A stretch of 64,000 nucleotides of DNA from Lama guanicoe. Taxonomy: Eukaryota. A program made the translations under genes and the position numbers. Below the pieces are notes generated by a model. It ran no database searches. It had not been told where the DNA came from and saw nothing but the letters and a program-made list of their open reading frames with translations. Positions 13,302 through 26,189 of the stretch are shown here, piece after piece (within the stretch, counting starts at the first letter, position 1; every line of letters begins with the position of its first letter). The stretch is taken from positions 20,304,897 through 20,368,896 of the forward strand of contig MU054187.1 of NCBI GenBank assembly GCA_013239625.1, read 5' to 3'.

Positions 13302-14495
13302 TCTGATTAATTATTTTCCTCTTGGAAATACATTTTATTGTATCAATCTTAATTCATGTAGTGTTTTACTCTAAGCTCTTTGAGTCTGGCATCAGGTCAT
13401 TGGTTTTCTTACACCATCATTTGTCTCTGCAGAATTGTATGATCTTATGTAGATTTTGGGACCCCAGATCCTTTTTAAAATTAGTACTGATTGTTACCAG
13501 AGTCATTTTTACTGTCACTGTTACCAGAATCATTTTATCGCAGCAACCCTTATAGAATATGGACAGTATGATCTCTACTCCTGTGGAAAATATAAAATGA
13601 GAAACATAGCATTATGTCCTTTATTATGAAAGACACGATCTTGGTAGGTAAAAGCTCCCATACTCTAACCATCCATCGCAATCTGGGTTTTCTTGCACCT
13701 TGTACAAGACTTGGAAACCATTTCCTTTTTCTATGCCTCAAACTCTGTCGTTTTCAGTCATTTTAGTTTGTTGATAATTTCTGGAAAGAACATGTCGGTG
13801 GTATTTCAACTGTAGTAATGTCATCCCTTTAGGTGGCAGATATAAGGTCAGTCATATCTTATTACTTCAATCGGGTGAAACAACAGTCTATAACAGTAAC
13901 ATAACGTCACTAAAAGAACTAAAAGCTCTTTTCCCTAAAATGAAAATTGTAAATTTTAGAATGACAAACTTTATTTGGAGTTCTTAGAATATCTACCTAA
14001 ATTATTTAAATATTTATTCAACATGTGTTAATATTTCAAAAATAAATCTCTACTATACACTAATGATTACAGTAATGTGAAAGCAACTTGAAGACCACAT
14101 ACGGCTATCAAAACAAAACAAAAAAAAACTAGTTTGACAAAGTATTTTGAGGAGAAACATGAAGAAGATGTAAATATTATGTGAATAGTGATTTATGATG
14201 GGTCAGGTAAACAAAAACATAAGTCAAATCAAAAATAATTGTGAGATTTTTCACCTCTTGGAACTTAAAAATTAACAAAAGAACTAGGCTGGATCTCCAG
14301 TTCTTAGATCAAAGACATCTTACTGGAAAAAAATGCCTTTGGATTAGAATTTTAAAGATTGCATTTAAAATAGACTCTCACTTCCCCTCACTGTGGGACG
14401 AAAAAAAAAATACATACATCCTGAGCTTTTGATTCATCAGCTCCTTGGCAAATAGTTACCAATTGTCCAAAATGAAGAATTGTTTGAAAGCTGTA

Positions 14496-15113
14496 ACTAG
14501 CAAATGAGGTAAAAAGATCATGGTCCCTACCCTTGAGAGGCTGTTTCGTCTCAGAAAACTCCTTTGCTTGCTGTCACAGAACAAAGGAAGGTGGGATGAG
14601 TAATAAATTTTCAAAGAAAACAGAGGCATTTATATTGAGATTTTTACTTTCTTTACACACTCAAATAATCTTTCAGAAATAATATCCACATATGTACTCT
14701 TTCAATATATAATATATAAACATGGAAAAGGCTTAAGGTAAGAGTATTATATTTTGGGTATGAATCTGCTGAGTATTTTTTGTCTAAATTTAGCAATTAT
14801 TCTTTACTAGCAAATGAGGTAAAGATCATGGTCCCTACCCTTGAGAGGCTGTTTCGTCCCAGAAAACTCCTTTGCTTGCTGTCACAGAATAAAGGAAGGT
14901 GGGATGAGTAATAAATTTTCAAAGAAAACAGAGGCATTTATATTGAGATTTTTACTTTCTTTACACACTCAAATAATCTTTCAGAAATAATATCCACATA
15001 TGTACTCTTTCAATATATAATATATAAACATGGAAAAGGCTTAAGGTAAGAGTATTATATTTTGGGTATGAATCTGCTGAGTATTTTTTGTCTAAATTTA
15101 GCAATTATTCTTT
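14496..15113. repeat. Head-to-tail tandem duplication of unique sequence (310 + 308 bp)
   Basis: Copy 1 is 14496-14805 and copy 2 is 14806-15113; I see one 2-bp A-run indel and two substitutions. Confidence 0.97.
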
Positions 15114-16589
15114 GGAAAACCAATTTTTCTGAAGTGATTTGGGGAAAAAAAAACTATAATTCGCTGCAAAAAAAGGTTAATCTGTTGATGTTAGCATTTA
15201 ACCAAAAAGATTGTCTTTTTTTTTTTTTCTTACTGGAGCTTATGTTTGTTACCTTTCTATTTAAGAGTTTAGCAGTAACAAGAAAAATTCCTATCTATTT
15301 GCATTGCTCTGTTCGGTACTCACACTAAAATGGTTAGATATTAACAGCTATTCATCTTAAGAATGCTGTTTAAAATGTGAAAGGAATAGAACTGGTTGAG
15401 AAAAAAAAAGCATTAAACACAGCAGTTCTTAGATTGAAATCTATGACTCCAAGTACTTAAATTGAAATAACTGTATTTTCTGACACTAGGAAGCTTAGTT
15501 GAAGCTTCTGTCTTTGACTTTTCCTCCCTCAGCAGGTACTCACCCCGAAGAACATTCTTTTCAATTGCCCTTTTTAAGTGCACCTATAAATCAACATTAC
15601 AAGAAATGTCTTCAATGTATATAGAAAAACAGTGTGTATGAGTGGTATACAGTGATTTGAAGCTTTTCTATTGCCCTAAGATCTTTCATATAAAGGCTAC
15701 CAAGGAAAGTAGTGTCTTTATTCAGTGTCTTAAGTGCAAAAATTATTGATTTACTTAGAGGATTATTTGTTAAGAGAAACAAACTCCACAGATATATTTT
15801 CTCTTCCTATCTACCCAATTTGAGATTTGCTGAAAGCTTAGATTTTGATTACAATTTAGAGATGTCTGTTCCCTTACCTTCTCAATAATTGAAATTTTGA
15901 AGGTTTACTGTAAACACATTACATCAAAGCCTGGAAAGTCCTTTGTTAAAAAAAGAATCAATTTTATTGAAATGGAATTCCGCAAACAAAATGCAAGAGC
16001 AATCGACCAGTTTAACGGGCTGTTGGTAGCTTTATTCTCTACCCCTTATTAAAGTCAAGAAAAACTGTTGGAAATTAGAATGTTATCATCTGTTATCTGC
16101 TTGGATGCATCAGAATATGGAAGTCACGTTTAATCTGTATGCACCCCTCCTCAGAGTAATGTTTTAAATACTCGATTATATTAAAGAAATTGCAAAAGAC
16201 ACCATTTTACTATTTAATGACCAGGTCCACTAAATGCAAAGCAAAGTAACAATTTTGGTAATGTCTTAGAGGTTTAGCCAAACTGAGATCATATTGGCTA
16301 TTAGGACTTACTAAATTTGATTTAATTTCAATCATAGATAAAAATTTAAAAAAAAATTTCTTGTATGTTTATATTCATCAGTTTCCAGAAATTTTAGTAA
16401 TCGATTTCTCCTTTCTTAATGAAAATCCCTTTTACATTTGTGTTAGCTTTAGGGCCAGGTATTCTAGACAAGGAAGAATATCTCAAAATTAAATAATTAA
16501 TAATTAAACTAAGATACAGACGTAAGTAGAACAGTAATCCTAATAAATAAAGAAAATTTTAAAAAGTGCGTTATCAGCCAATTTACTGA

Positions 16590-16830
16590 AGTGGTCAGTT
16601 ACAGCTTAACTTTACTGGTCTCTCTGGGATGCAGTGTATCAAAATGTGCCTCAGAGTTACCCCACCAACTCTATCAGTGATGGAGAATTCTCATGGGGGG
16701 GGAGGGTAGGACATTAATTCTCAGACGCTTCTATCCTGCTGAGCCCTCAGGCAGAGCAGAACCCTTCAGCCAGAGGAAGTTCCAGGAAACTGATGAGGTG
16801 CTGGCAGTTACAGAAGGGGGAGGGTACTAA
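16590..16830 (-). mobile_element. ERVL LTR fragment, LTR16-like
   Basis: GTGCCTCAGAGTTACCCCACC...AGCCCTCAGGCAGAG...AGGTGCTGGCAGTT resemble LTR16-family motifs as remembered. Confidence 0.5.
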
Positions 16831-18679
16831 GATCATAAAAGTTAAAGAGAAGGCATGGATCGCAGTTGGATGTATGTGGACAGGTTTTGTGTTACAAGAC
16901 AAAATCTTCATACTGAAGAAAATCTCGGAAATACTACCAGATAAGTCCCTTAAAAATTGTAGCTTCCACATATGGAAATGCATGTGAATGCACTGCTAAG
17001 ATACCTTCTTTGAATAGAGCCTTATATCCCTGGGCACCTAACCAGAACTCACTAAAGTAATTTATCTGGTTGAATTATTGAGTCAACAGTAATAATATTA
17101 TACCTTACATGTATAATATTTCACATTTTATAGAGGCTGTTCTTATACATAATCTCATTTTAATTTGAAACACAAGAACACATGAACGTGACATCGATAC
17201 TTGTCTGATAGTTAACTTCGTTTAGCTTTCTGCCTGTAAGCAGAGATTTATCAAAATCATCACTGACATAAGAAAACCCAAATGCACACACAAATCTGAG
17301 CATTCATTAGCACTATACTGACTATTTGGTGTTCTGTTATCACATTAAGGCTAAATCGATGACATTCAAACTTTGATTGGCTGTTCTATATAACAAGTGT
17401 GTATTAAAAATAAACACAGTTTTTGTTCTACGAAAATTCTCAATGATTTTGCATGGGACATTTGGAGGTATCTGACTGCAATAAATACTTTTCCAGGTAC
17501 TATTTTCATGAATTTGTTATCAGTAAGACATGTTTAGATATGGAAACTTTCCAACTGAATTATTCCAATTAGTCAGCACGAACTCTTGAGAATAATTTTC
17601 TTTCAGCTTCTTAAAAAACTCAGAGGAATCTGGTATTATAGTCTCCCTCATTACCTTTGCAAGTGTTTAAAATCCCATGTCCATAGGACTACTTGTGTAA
17701 TATAATCTATTTTTTTACAGTAACCTATTTCCTATTGATATATGATGAAAAACAGAGTTAAGTATCCCTGTTTCCACTACTTTTTTTCATGGTTTATTCA
17801 TCTCTACTATCTTCATGGGTTTTCACTTATCTAAAACCTTTCATGACTATAAAGAATCAGATTTGTTATCTTGAAAGAGAGTGAGCTTACATTGAAACTC
17901 ACTGTTAACATTTGAATGTGATTTTAAATGTCAAAGTTCTTCATAATAATTGTCTCAACCACATTTTTGCTGTAAAATAGAATCCATGTGATTTCTTGAT
18001 TGAGCCAATGGCCTTGATTGTTATTATTTAAATATATTAGAGACTTGCAGTAGTGGATAACTTTTCTTAGGCAAATAATGGAATTAAATAATGCTCACTA
18101 AGGAAGCAACCATACACTTATAAATTTTTCCTGATAGAGAAAATTTATTCTGGGTGTTCCACATTTTCTGTAAAAAAGTACAGTTCCAAGTTAATGTCTG
18201 CCTCTTTCTGAAAAATATTAGAAAAGTTCTATGTTCTAGAATTCCTCCTTATAGTACAAATTCAATTTTGTACCTTGATGGTTAAAAAAAAAATTCCATA
18301 CAAAATTAGACATTATTTCTACCTGGAACACTGAAACAGTTTATTTTATACTGAGAGGTATCAATTTTTTTCTTTTGAATTTATCAAAGTTTTTTTTTTT
18401 CATCTGTTATATTTCTATAGTTGGATATGCTAATGAAGTGAATCACATTAATAAATTTTGTAATTTTATTTTGTCTTTGGATCTTCAGAAAACAAAAGTT
18501 GGAGAAGATTTATTTTTTAACGTTGTTATACTTACTTTGGTAATACTTTAAGGATTTTCTCCTCTGGCCTGTAATTGGTCTATACATCGTTGTTTGGTAG
18601 GTTTGTTTTTGTGTTCTATAGTACACTTGTTTGATCTTCATATTAAGGTAAGCCCAACCACAAACCAATCACAATAGTT

Positions 18680-18930
18680 TAATTTTTGCTGAAAAAAACA
18701 AAAAAAACCCCTAGAACTATCAGTGGTTAAATACATTTTTTTTCACCTTAACACAACATACAAAGCTAGCCCAGCAGGGGGCAGTGTTCCTTACTACTTG
18801 TTCTAGAAACCAAGCTGACAGGACTACGTCTTCACCAGTGCCTCTCTGAACACTCCAGCAGAGGAGGAAGCCACAGTGAACTATATATTTGATCTTAAAA
18901 GCTTCCATCTAAAAGAAGCACCTGTTGGTT
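18680..18930 (-). mobile_element. ERVL-MaLR LTR fragment (MLT1I/J-like)
   Basis: CAGTGGTTAAATACA...CCAAGCTGACAG...GGCAG/AGGAGGAAG...CTTAAAAGCTTCCATCTAAAAG follows an old MLT1 pattern. Confidence 0.55.
18771..18784 (+). promoter_or_regulatory. Candidate CTCF binding site
   Basis: CCAGCAGGGGGCAG is a 14/14 match to CCASYAGRKGGCRS; motif only, no binding data. Confidence 0.55.
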
Positions 18931-19079
18931 TGCTTTTTTTCCTAAGGATATGCTAATATTTGATTTCATCTTAAAGATTTAGAATGTGGTATTTTATTTT
19001 TTATCATTTTAGAAATAATAGGACTACATCAGCATTTTTACATCTATTGTGATAAAACACCTGTGTTATATACCTCCAC

Positions 19080-19340
19080 ATGAATAGAATTATTGTATTT
19101 GTGGCAAGCAGTCAGGATTGGGCATAATCATCTCATCCAGTCAGATATTGAGTTGAATGTTTGGTTTTCAGTTTTTTTAAGACCTTGCTTATTCACTGTT
19201 CACCCTTAGTTCTCGTTGACAGCTCTCTATGGTCCCACGGGACAGTATGGGGTGATCACCACGGCCCTGTTCACTGCTGGGACTTCTCTAGTTTGTGAAA
19301 CTGCCCAAAGTGATGTTCTTCTCAGCCTCTCAACGCCCCT
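19080..19340 (-). mobile_element. Ancient L1M 5' UTR-like fragment
   Basis: GGTCCCA...GGGGTGATCACCACGGCCC...GTGAAACTGCCCAAAG...CTTCTCAGCCTCTCAA resembles old L1M 5' ends as remembered. Confidence 0.45.
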
Positions 19341-20189
19341 TGGGAAACAGTCAATATCTCAAGTGGAAAAGCAGTAACTGTGTATTGACCTCATATCTCT
19401 GGACACCCCGTCCTTTTGGAAACATACCCCACAGGTCTTCAGTGTCTTCACAGCTCCCCGATTTATACAAGTACAACCGAATGACCTTCTTCTTGTGTTT
19501 TAGCCATGCGTACCCTGCATAGGTTAGGCTGCTACATGGGCTACAGAGAAATTTGGGAAAATCTTCACCACAGATGATAATTATTTGTGTGTGTGTGTGT
19601 GTGCGTGCATGTGGATTCACTGTGTGCCTTGGAATGACATTTCCTCCAGATTCAAAATAAGAACAGATCAATACTAAAAGATCGATCTTTTCATCTGTTA
19701 CAGAGTGTGGGTGATGAGGTTTAACTAATTAGAGATCATTTAATTTCAAAGCGTGTCTACATTTATAAACCTGCAATTGATTAGTCAGTTATACAAAGGA
19801 TCCTCAGAACCTGAAATATTGAAAAATTCCCAGGAATTTAGTCATTATTGTAACATCACAGTCACATAAAAACAGACTAAGAAGAGTATTTTGTTCATAT
19901 ATTCATAATTCAAAATGTTGTCCAATAGGGCTGGTGAAGAGCTTTAATTAAAAGCAAGATACAGTTTTCAGTGAAAAGGTGAGTTGTGGGTTTAGGAAAA
20001 AAAGATGTTACTGATCAGCTTTTTGAATTTGATGGTATTTTAGGCAGCAGCAATAAGAGTTGAGATTTCCCCAGATTAAGAAACTTTTAATTTTAAAAGT
20101 TTTTAGGAAAATGGAAGAAGGGCATTTATGGAAATACAGAATAAATTACAACATTGTGAAAAAAGCTCCACCTTTGACATTTGGTGACT

Positions 20190-20380
20190 GGTTAACATTT
20201 CATCTCATTTACCAGCTGTATAATGTTGGGCAAGCCATTTAACCTCTTGGGAATCTCAATTTACTAAGTTTTAAAGTAGATCTAATAACACTGACCTCAT
20301 ATGACTCTTATGAATATTAGATGTGACCGTAGGAAAGGGCAGCATGAACAGCTCCTGACACTTATTAGGGGCTGGACGAT
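20190..20380 (+). mobile_element. MIR
   Basis: CATTTACCAGCTGTATAATGTTGGGCAAGCCATTTAACCTCT...TAATAACACTGACCTCAT. Confidence 0.7.
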
Positions 20381-20939
20381 TGCTTGTTGGACAAAACATA
20401 TTTAGTGTGCATAATAACTTTAACCCAATGCACAGATTATTAATATTATTATATTATTTTGTTGCATCAAAGCAATAGAAATATTTACCTGATTCAACAG
20501 TCCCCTTGGTCTGTCACTTTTATAACTGAGGTCTTCTCTCTCATTTTTTCCTTCCCCTCTTCCTTCTTTTTCTTCTTTATTTCCTCTCCCTTCTCTCTGT
20601 TCCTCTCCCTTGTCCCCTCTGTCTCATTTAAACTGTACATTTTCATGTTACTCTTTCTCATGTTTTGGGAGAAATTGATGTCAATTAATCCAAAAAAGAT
20701 TGTATAAGAAACTGTGAGTGGGAATAATTGTAATTGTTGAAGATAATATAAAAAATCAAAAACTTAATGATATTTGATAATTCTTTACACTTTTGTTACC
20801 AAGCTTTATTTTCTGTTTATTTGTCAGCCCTGATCAACTTGGTTATTTCTGTCTCCCTCCCAAAGATGAGCAAGTATGGTATGTTAATGATTTTGAACCC
20901 TTTAGATAGACACGTTTAGGAGAAAAAAATGGTTAAAAA

Positions 20940-21140
20940 TCCAACTGGGTTAATATTCAGCTCTGATATCTTTTATGTAACCCTGGGTAAGTTATTTAAC
21001 TTTCTAGGTTCCCTCTTCTGTAAAATGTGAATGATCGTACCCCTTCCTCTCATTGGGTTGTTTGTATGTTATGTATACCAGTTGTATAAAATAATCATTC
21101 TAATGCTTAGAGCATAATGTGTACTTCATAAAAATAAGTA
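20940..21140 (+). mobile_element. MIR
   Basis: TGTAACCCTGGGTAAGTTATTTAAC...CTCTTCTGTAAAATG...CTCATTGGGTTGTT. Confidence 0.7.
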
Positions 21141-21281
21141 ATTATTAGAGAAAATGTTAAGAACACCTTCTAATAAAATTGCCATGATGGCAACAATGCA
21201 ACTCTGAAGAAGGATTATCAGAGTCTATGAAATGAGTAATAAGAGTTGAACCTACTTAAGAACAGAATAAGAGATGATCAT

Positions 21282-21725
21282 TCTAACTTGGGCTCACAGG
21301 GGAGCAGACTCGGTGGCAGAAGTCTGCATGTGAGAGACTTTCTGGAGGGAGTTCCTAGAACAGCCCTCTAAAGACCCCTTGAACCCTGTAGATGGATATG
21401 GGGGAGGGCTGGGAAGAGGAGGAGCTGAACCGTGATGCAGTTCCTACACCCTCTTGGCCAATCTTTCAGGGGATTCTGGAGCTGGGATTGTCCTAAAGAG
21501 ATGCTCCAAACTGAAATAAAGAGGTTGGAACTTGATTCCCTGCGTTGATCACTGAGTGCCAGTTACACCAAGGACAGTGTCAGAGCCCGGAGCAGGGGCG
21601 TCCCCTCTGGTGAAAGGCAGTCACCAGCTAAGGCTCACTAAGCTGAGAGCCATCCCCAGCCACCCATCTCCCTGTGGTTGTCTACATGAGTGCTTTGATC
21701 TGAACGGAAGCACAAGGCAGCATCT
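21282..21725 (-). mobile_element. ERVL solo LTR, LTR16C-like
   Basis: AGCAGACTC...GAGCTGAACCGTGATGCAGTT...TCTGGAGCTGGGAT...GCTGAGAGCC...ATGAGTGC is collinear with the LTR16C pattern. Confidence 0.75.
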
Positions 21726-22884
21726 TTGAATATACAGATATAAATATATTCATAAAGACATTAATTAATATATAAATGAATAGATTAACATAGGGAGATA
21801 TCTGAAATGAATTTTACATGGGAACACTCAAAGTATGCTTTGTATATATATTAGGACCAATCTATTTACACTGGAGAATGGTTCCTTTAGTGAATTTTGT
21901 ATTGAAGTCTGCGTTTCTAATGACAGCAGGCAAAAATATCAGTTGAAAATATTGTTGCTAGACAGGCAAACACATTGTTAATACTGTATGCATAAATGTA
22001 TAAAGCACTCAGTTCTTACAGACACTAGAAAAAATGATCCCACACTGGCAGTACAGAAAACAAGCCACTCCAAATGCTCTAACAATCTCAGACATCCGGA
22101 CAGATTTCAACAAACACACATACACTTCTGTGAGCCGCTTGTCACATTCTTTGAGAAGGCTTTGCTTATCAATCAGCTTGACATTCACACCCAGTCAAAT
22201 ACATATCAAAATCCTAATAAACATTTTCTCTAAATACAAAGAATGATAAGACCAAATTTTGTCAGTAAATTCATCCCAATACATTGAATAAAGAAACTCA
22301 CAAACTATTAAATTTTATTTTCCTCAGAAAAATAGTTTGGATGGCAAAGAGACAGGCTAGGTGTGCTTTTTTTAAGTGCACATTTTATGTATTTTGAAAA
22401 TAATTTGACTTTTCTTAAGAATTTTCTGGTTTTTACATTGGAAACACCAATTGTAGAATTTATCATCAAAGTTGCTATAATTACTAAATACGTAAAGCAC
22501 AGAGGGTTTAGAAGTTCTTTATCTCACAGCCTCCGTGTCTAGAAATAAGTCCTTTATCATTTGGAGACATTTCCATCTGTGGTACACCTCAGATTGTTTC
22601 CTCAAAGGATCTGAAAAGTATTTCCCAGAAGAGCATTTCTAATTGGGGATGAGATGTCCACCGAAAAAGAAATGAAAAAACAAAAAAGACATGAAAATAA
22701 TATAAGTATGGCTCAAATAAACAAAGGAAGACCCCATTATAGGCAGGTCCAAAATAAAACCATCTAAAAGAATTCATCGACATAGAGGTGGTTTTGTGAA
22801 AACACTGTAGTTATTTTTATATATATATTTTTTAAAAATTCTGGTTTGGCACTCCTTACCTCCAGTGTAAGTATGACCAAAGCT

Positions 22885-23050
22885 AGGGAAAGAGGGGCTG
22901 GGGAAGAGACAAAAAAGAAGGGAGAGGGATGAAGTAGGGGGAGAGAAGGAGAGAGGGATGGAGGGAAGGATGGAGGGAGAGAAAAAGGAGTGGGGAGAAA
23001 AGAGGAAGAAAAAAGGAAGAAAGAACAGGAAGGGATGAAGGCAGGGAAAA
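22885..23050. repeat. GA-rich low-complexity polypurine tract
   Basis: About 165 bp of almost only G and A on the plus strand. Confidence 0.85.
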
Positions 23051-24857
23051 ATTCAACCCTGGTTTTAAGAAAGAATTGAAGAAGTTACCACTATATGCCA
23101 AACTGTCCGTTGCCCCTTTATCTAGAATTTTCTCATGTAGTCATTAATATAAATCTGAAACATATGTATCAATAACCCCTTGTACTAAGAAGGAAACAGA
23201 GTCATAGAGTTAAGTAACACGCCTAACATTGCGTGCCTAGGAAGAGTCATGTCTGCCATTTACATATGGCGTGGTGTGTTTGAATCATATAGATATAATT
23301 CCAAGCTGACTCGTGAGATAGGACCAAAGGAGGAGAAGATTCCGAGTGGCTTTCAGAAATGAAATCCTCTCTCATATGTCTGAACTATGGTATTTTATGT
23401 CCATTTTAAAATAATGCTCTCAGTTCAAGAATCTCGGTATCTTTTCCACTTGGCAATGTGGACACAAAAATAAAGGTTAAATTTGCTTGTCTATTTTAGT
23501 TTAGGAAGTAATCATGTATTTTAAAATTGTATTATAGTTTCATTGAATGAATTGCCTTTCTGTTGTATAGGCTTTGTCTGGTTGAATATACTGTGGGCTT
23601 TTTTATTCAGTGAAGACTGAGCCAGTTCTGTTTTTGTTGTTTTCTTGTTGTCGACTGAGCTAGTTTTAAACTGGCTTTAGTTTTTGAAAAGACTGGTCTA
23701 TTTCTGATTCATGTACATTTAAAGGTGTGGTGGGAAAGCTTAGAAATCTTATGGTGTTCAACCGAGTTCCCTTTGGGGGGCGTTGCATTCCGATTTGGGT
23801 CCCCAAATCTGTGACACTGGTTGAAATTCTGCATAATCCTGTGGCCTCTCAACTGCTACCTTTTGTGAATCTTATCTGCCTCAGGTGTGCTGAAATATTA
23901 GTGAAAGAGGAAAAACATACCAGACTTAGGTCTCTGTACTTGCATTCTTTTCGTGATCTTGAACTCTCAAGCTCTGGCTGCCACGGTACTTCCCTTACAA
24001 CAAAACAGATTCATTTTAACAAGGTCTGTCCAATTTCCTAGACCCAAAGAGAGTATGTGTTGGGCTAGTTAACCTATTACCAGAAACTGGGCTACTATTA
24101 TCAATACATCGGTATTTTAAATAAAGTTGAAATAGAACTATAATGACATAATAACATAGCATGAGAACGTATTATTCAAAAAATATTGTTAGTGACCAAA
24201 AAGAAAAGAAAAAAGTTCTTAACATGTTAAAGATAAATGAAAAGCTGTATGGTGATATAGACTCATAATTTAATCTCTAATTTAATACTAAAACTTGAAA
24301 AAAATTCACATTATACCCATATATGAAATTTCCCCATTTATGAGAACTAAAAATGCCTTATACATTGGCGTGATTTATGCACATTGATACTCCTGTCCCC
24401 TTATTTGACCAAGTAGTACCTGTTCGAGGAGAAAAGTAAACTGATTCCATGTTGTCCTTAGATATATGTTGCTTTTGGCTACACTTCAGGACAGAACAGT
24501 AACATTTGGAAAGAAAACAAAAGCAAAAAACAATGATTTTTTTTCCCCCAAAATAGTCCTAGTGGAAATTGTTTTAGCCTGAGGAAATACTGCAGAATTA
24601 GAAAGACAAAACCTTAGGAACCCTTATTAAAAACAACCATCACTGCCCTTGACCGGAGTTAGCTGTGAGTAGGGAGAAATTAGTGTAAGCTGGGATACAT
24701 TGCTCACTAGCTTTCTTTACAGAAACATTCAAACTAAATTATGCAACAATATCCCAATTCAGGGACATATTTAATTTGGGTCCCGAAGAAGGTGATTCCA
24801 CTTGGGAACTTAAGATCAGATAAATTTGTATTTTTGAGTAATTACTCTGTGTCATTC

Positions 24858-25410
24858 ATTGTGCTACATACTTTGAATGTCAAATCTCATTCAGTCCTCC
24901 ACTACCCATTGGATGTAGGTAGTGTTGATCTGAAATAAATAGACTGCAAGATATTTCTCCAGCAAAGATGGGTTTACTGGGGATCAGCAGAGAATTGCAA
25001 TTCAGGGTCTGCAACCATGGAAACCACAAGTAAGTTTCTGCACCGGAAGAGAAACACTTATAGAGAGGAAAATAAAGGTGGAGGGCTATAGTGAACAAAG
25101 AGTCCCTGACTTTTCTTTGGCTGAGTCCTTGCCAGGAAAGGAGAGGAGCCCTTTCTTCTTCCTATTGGGCTCTGCTGTCATTGCAGGATATGAAAGCGCC
25201 CCCATCTGGTCTTCCAACTCTATTTAATTGAGGTCTCTGTTAATTTATTATTATACAATATATTAACTCCATATTATAGAACAGAAATCTGAGACCTAGA
25301 AAATATCAGTATCTCTCCTAGATTCACAGAAGTAGTCAAGTTTGTACAAGCCAAACCTCAGAAAAAGATCTTCCTGGTCTGTATACCCTGCGCTGCTCCT
25401 AGCCACATTA
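24858..25410 (-). mobile_element. MIR interrupted by an ERV1-class LTR
   Basis: TGTGCTACATACTTT...ATCTCATTCAGTCCTC...GTAGGTAG | ATATATTAACTCCATATTATAGAACAGAAATCTGAGAC...; the halves are collinear. Confidence 0.7.
24923..25257 (-). mobile_element. ERV1-class solo LTR (~335 bp)
   Basis: TGTTGATCTGAA...TATACA ends (TG...CA); sharp composition boundaries; splits a MIR. Confidence 0.75.
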
Positions 25411-26189
25411 TTTTGCATTTTAAATTACATCATTCCATAAAATAGGTCAAAAAATAAGGAAACCAACATGTCCCTTATCAATTTTAAAACCTTGCTTCTA
25501 TTACCACAAAGCACAAGTGACTTCGGTTGATAAAAATAGAAGAATAACTTATTGCGTGAAACCAGCATCCTGCAGTAAGAAGAGTTCACAACAGGCTGTA
25601 ATTCTGGGCTATTCCATTGGAGGGGGTTTGATTTATTCAAATCCTGCTATAATTGTTCCAAAAACTAAAGGAAAATGGAATCATCTATTATCATATAGAA
25701 GGATTAAGCCCTAAATTGGATTTCTGAGTTTAAGATGAAAAAGTAAGCTAACCTCCAAAATGGCTTAAAACTGAACTTTAACTACTGGTATGGAACAAGA
25801 GTTTTAAGAGATTTAGAGGAAGAATGAGTCCTATAAAAGAATCTCTTAAAAAGGCATAGTAATACAAATGACAGTTTTATAAGCAAATGAGGCCAAATAT
25901 TCTATTTTGCCCTTTAACCCAATGTTACTATGAACTATGATACATTGTATAATCTTTCAGTAAAACTCTTTTTGCCATGTATTAATTCCTTGTAGGTTAA
26001 ATACAGCGTTCTAGGATAAATGCTAAAGTCACACACATGCACACAAAAATATCAGCATAAAATGAATAGCTTGCTCTCCTAATTTAGAAAAATAATAATA
26101 CATTATTTTTTAAGTATTTCTACAGAATAAGGGGAACATAAAACTAATTAATTAACTAACTAATTAATGAAGTAATTAAATGTATCTGG

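Noticed and set aside
21179..21194. TTGCCATGATGGCAAC as an RFX X-box
   Set aside because: The half-site spacing exceeds the 0-3 nt of the X-box consensus.
22885..23050. Polypurine tract (also the pyrimidine tract at about 20530-20630 and the GAAA-rich tract at about 39830-39932) as a functional triplex element
   Set aside because: Common mammalian low-complexity sequence with no long mirror symmetry or other support.
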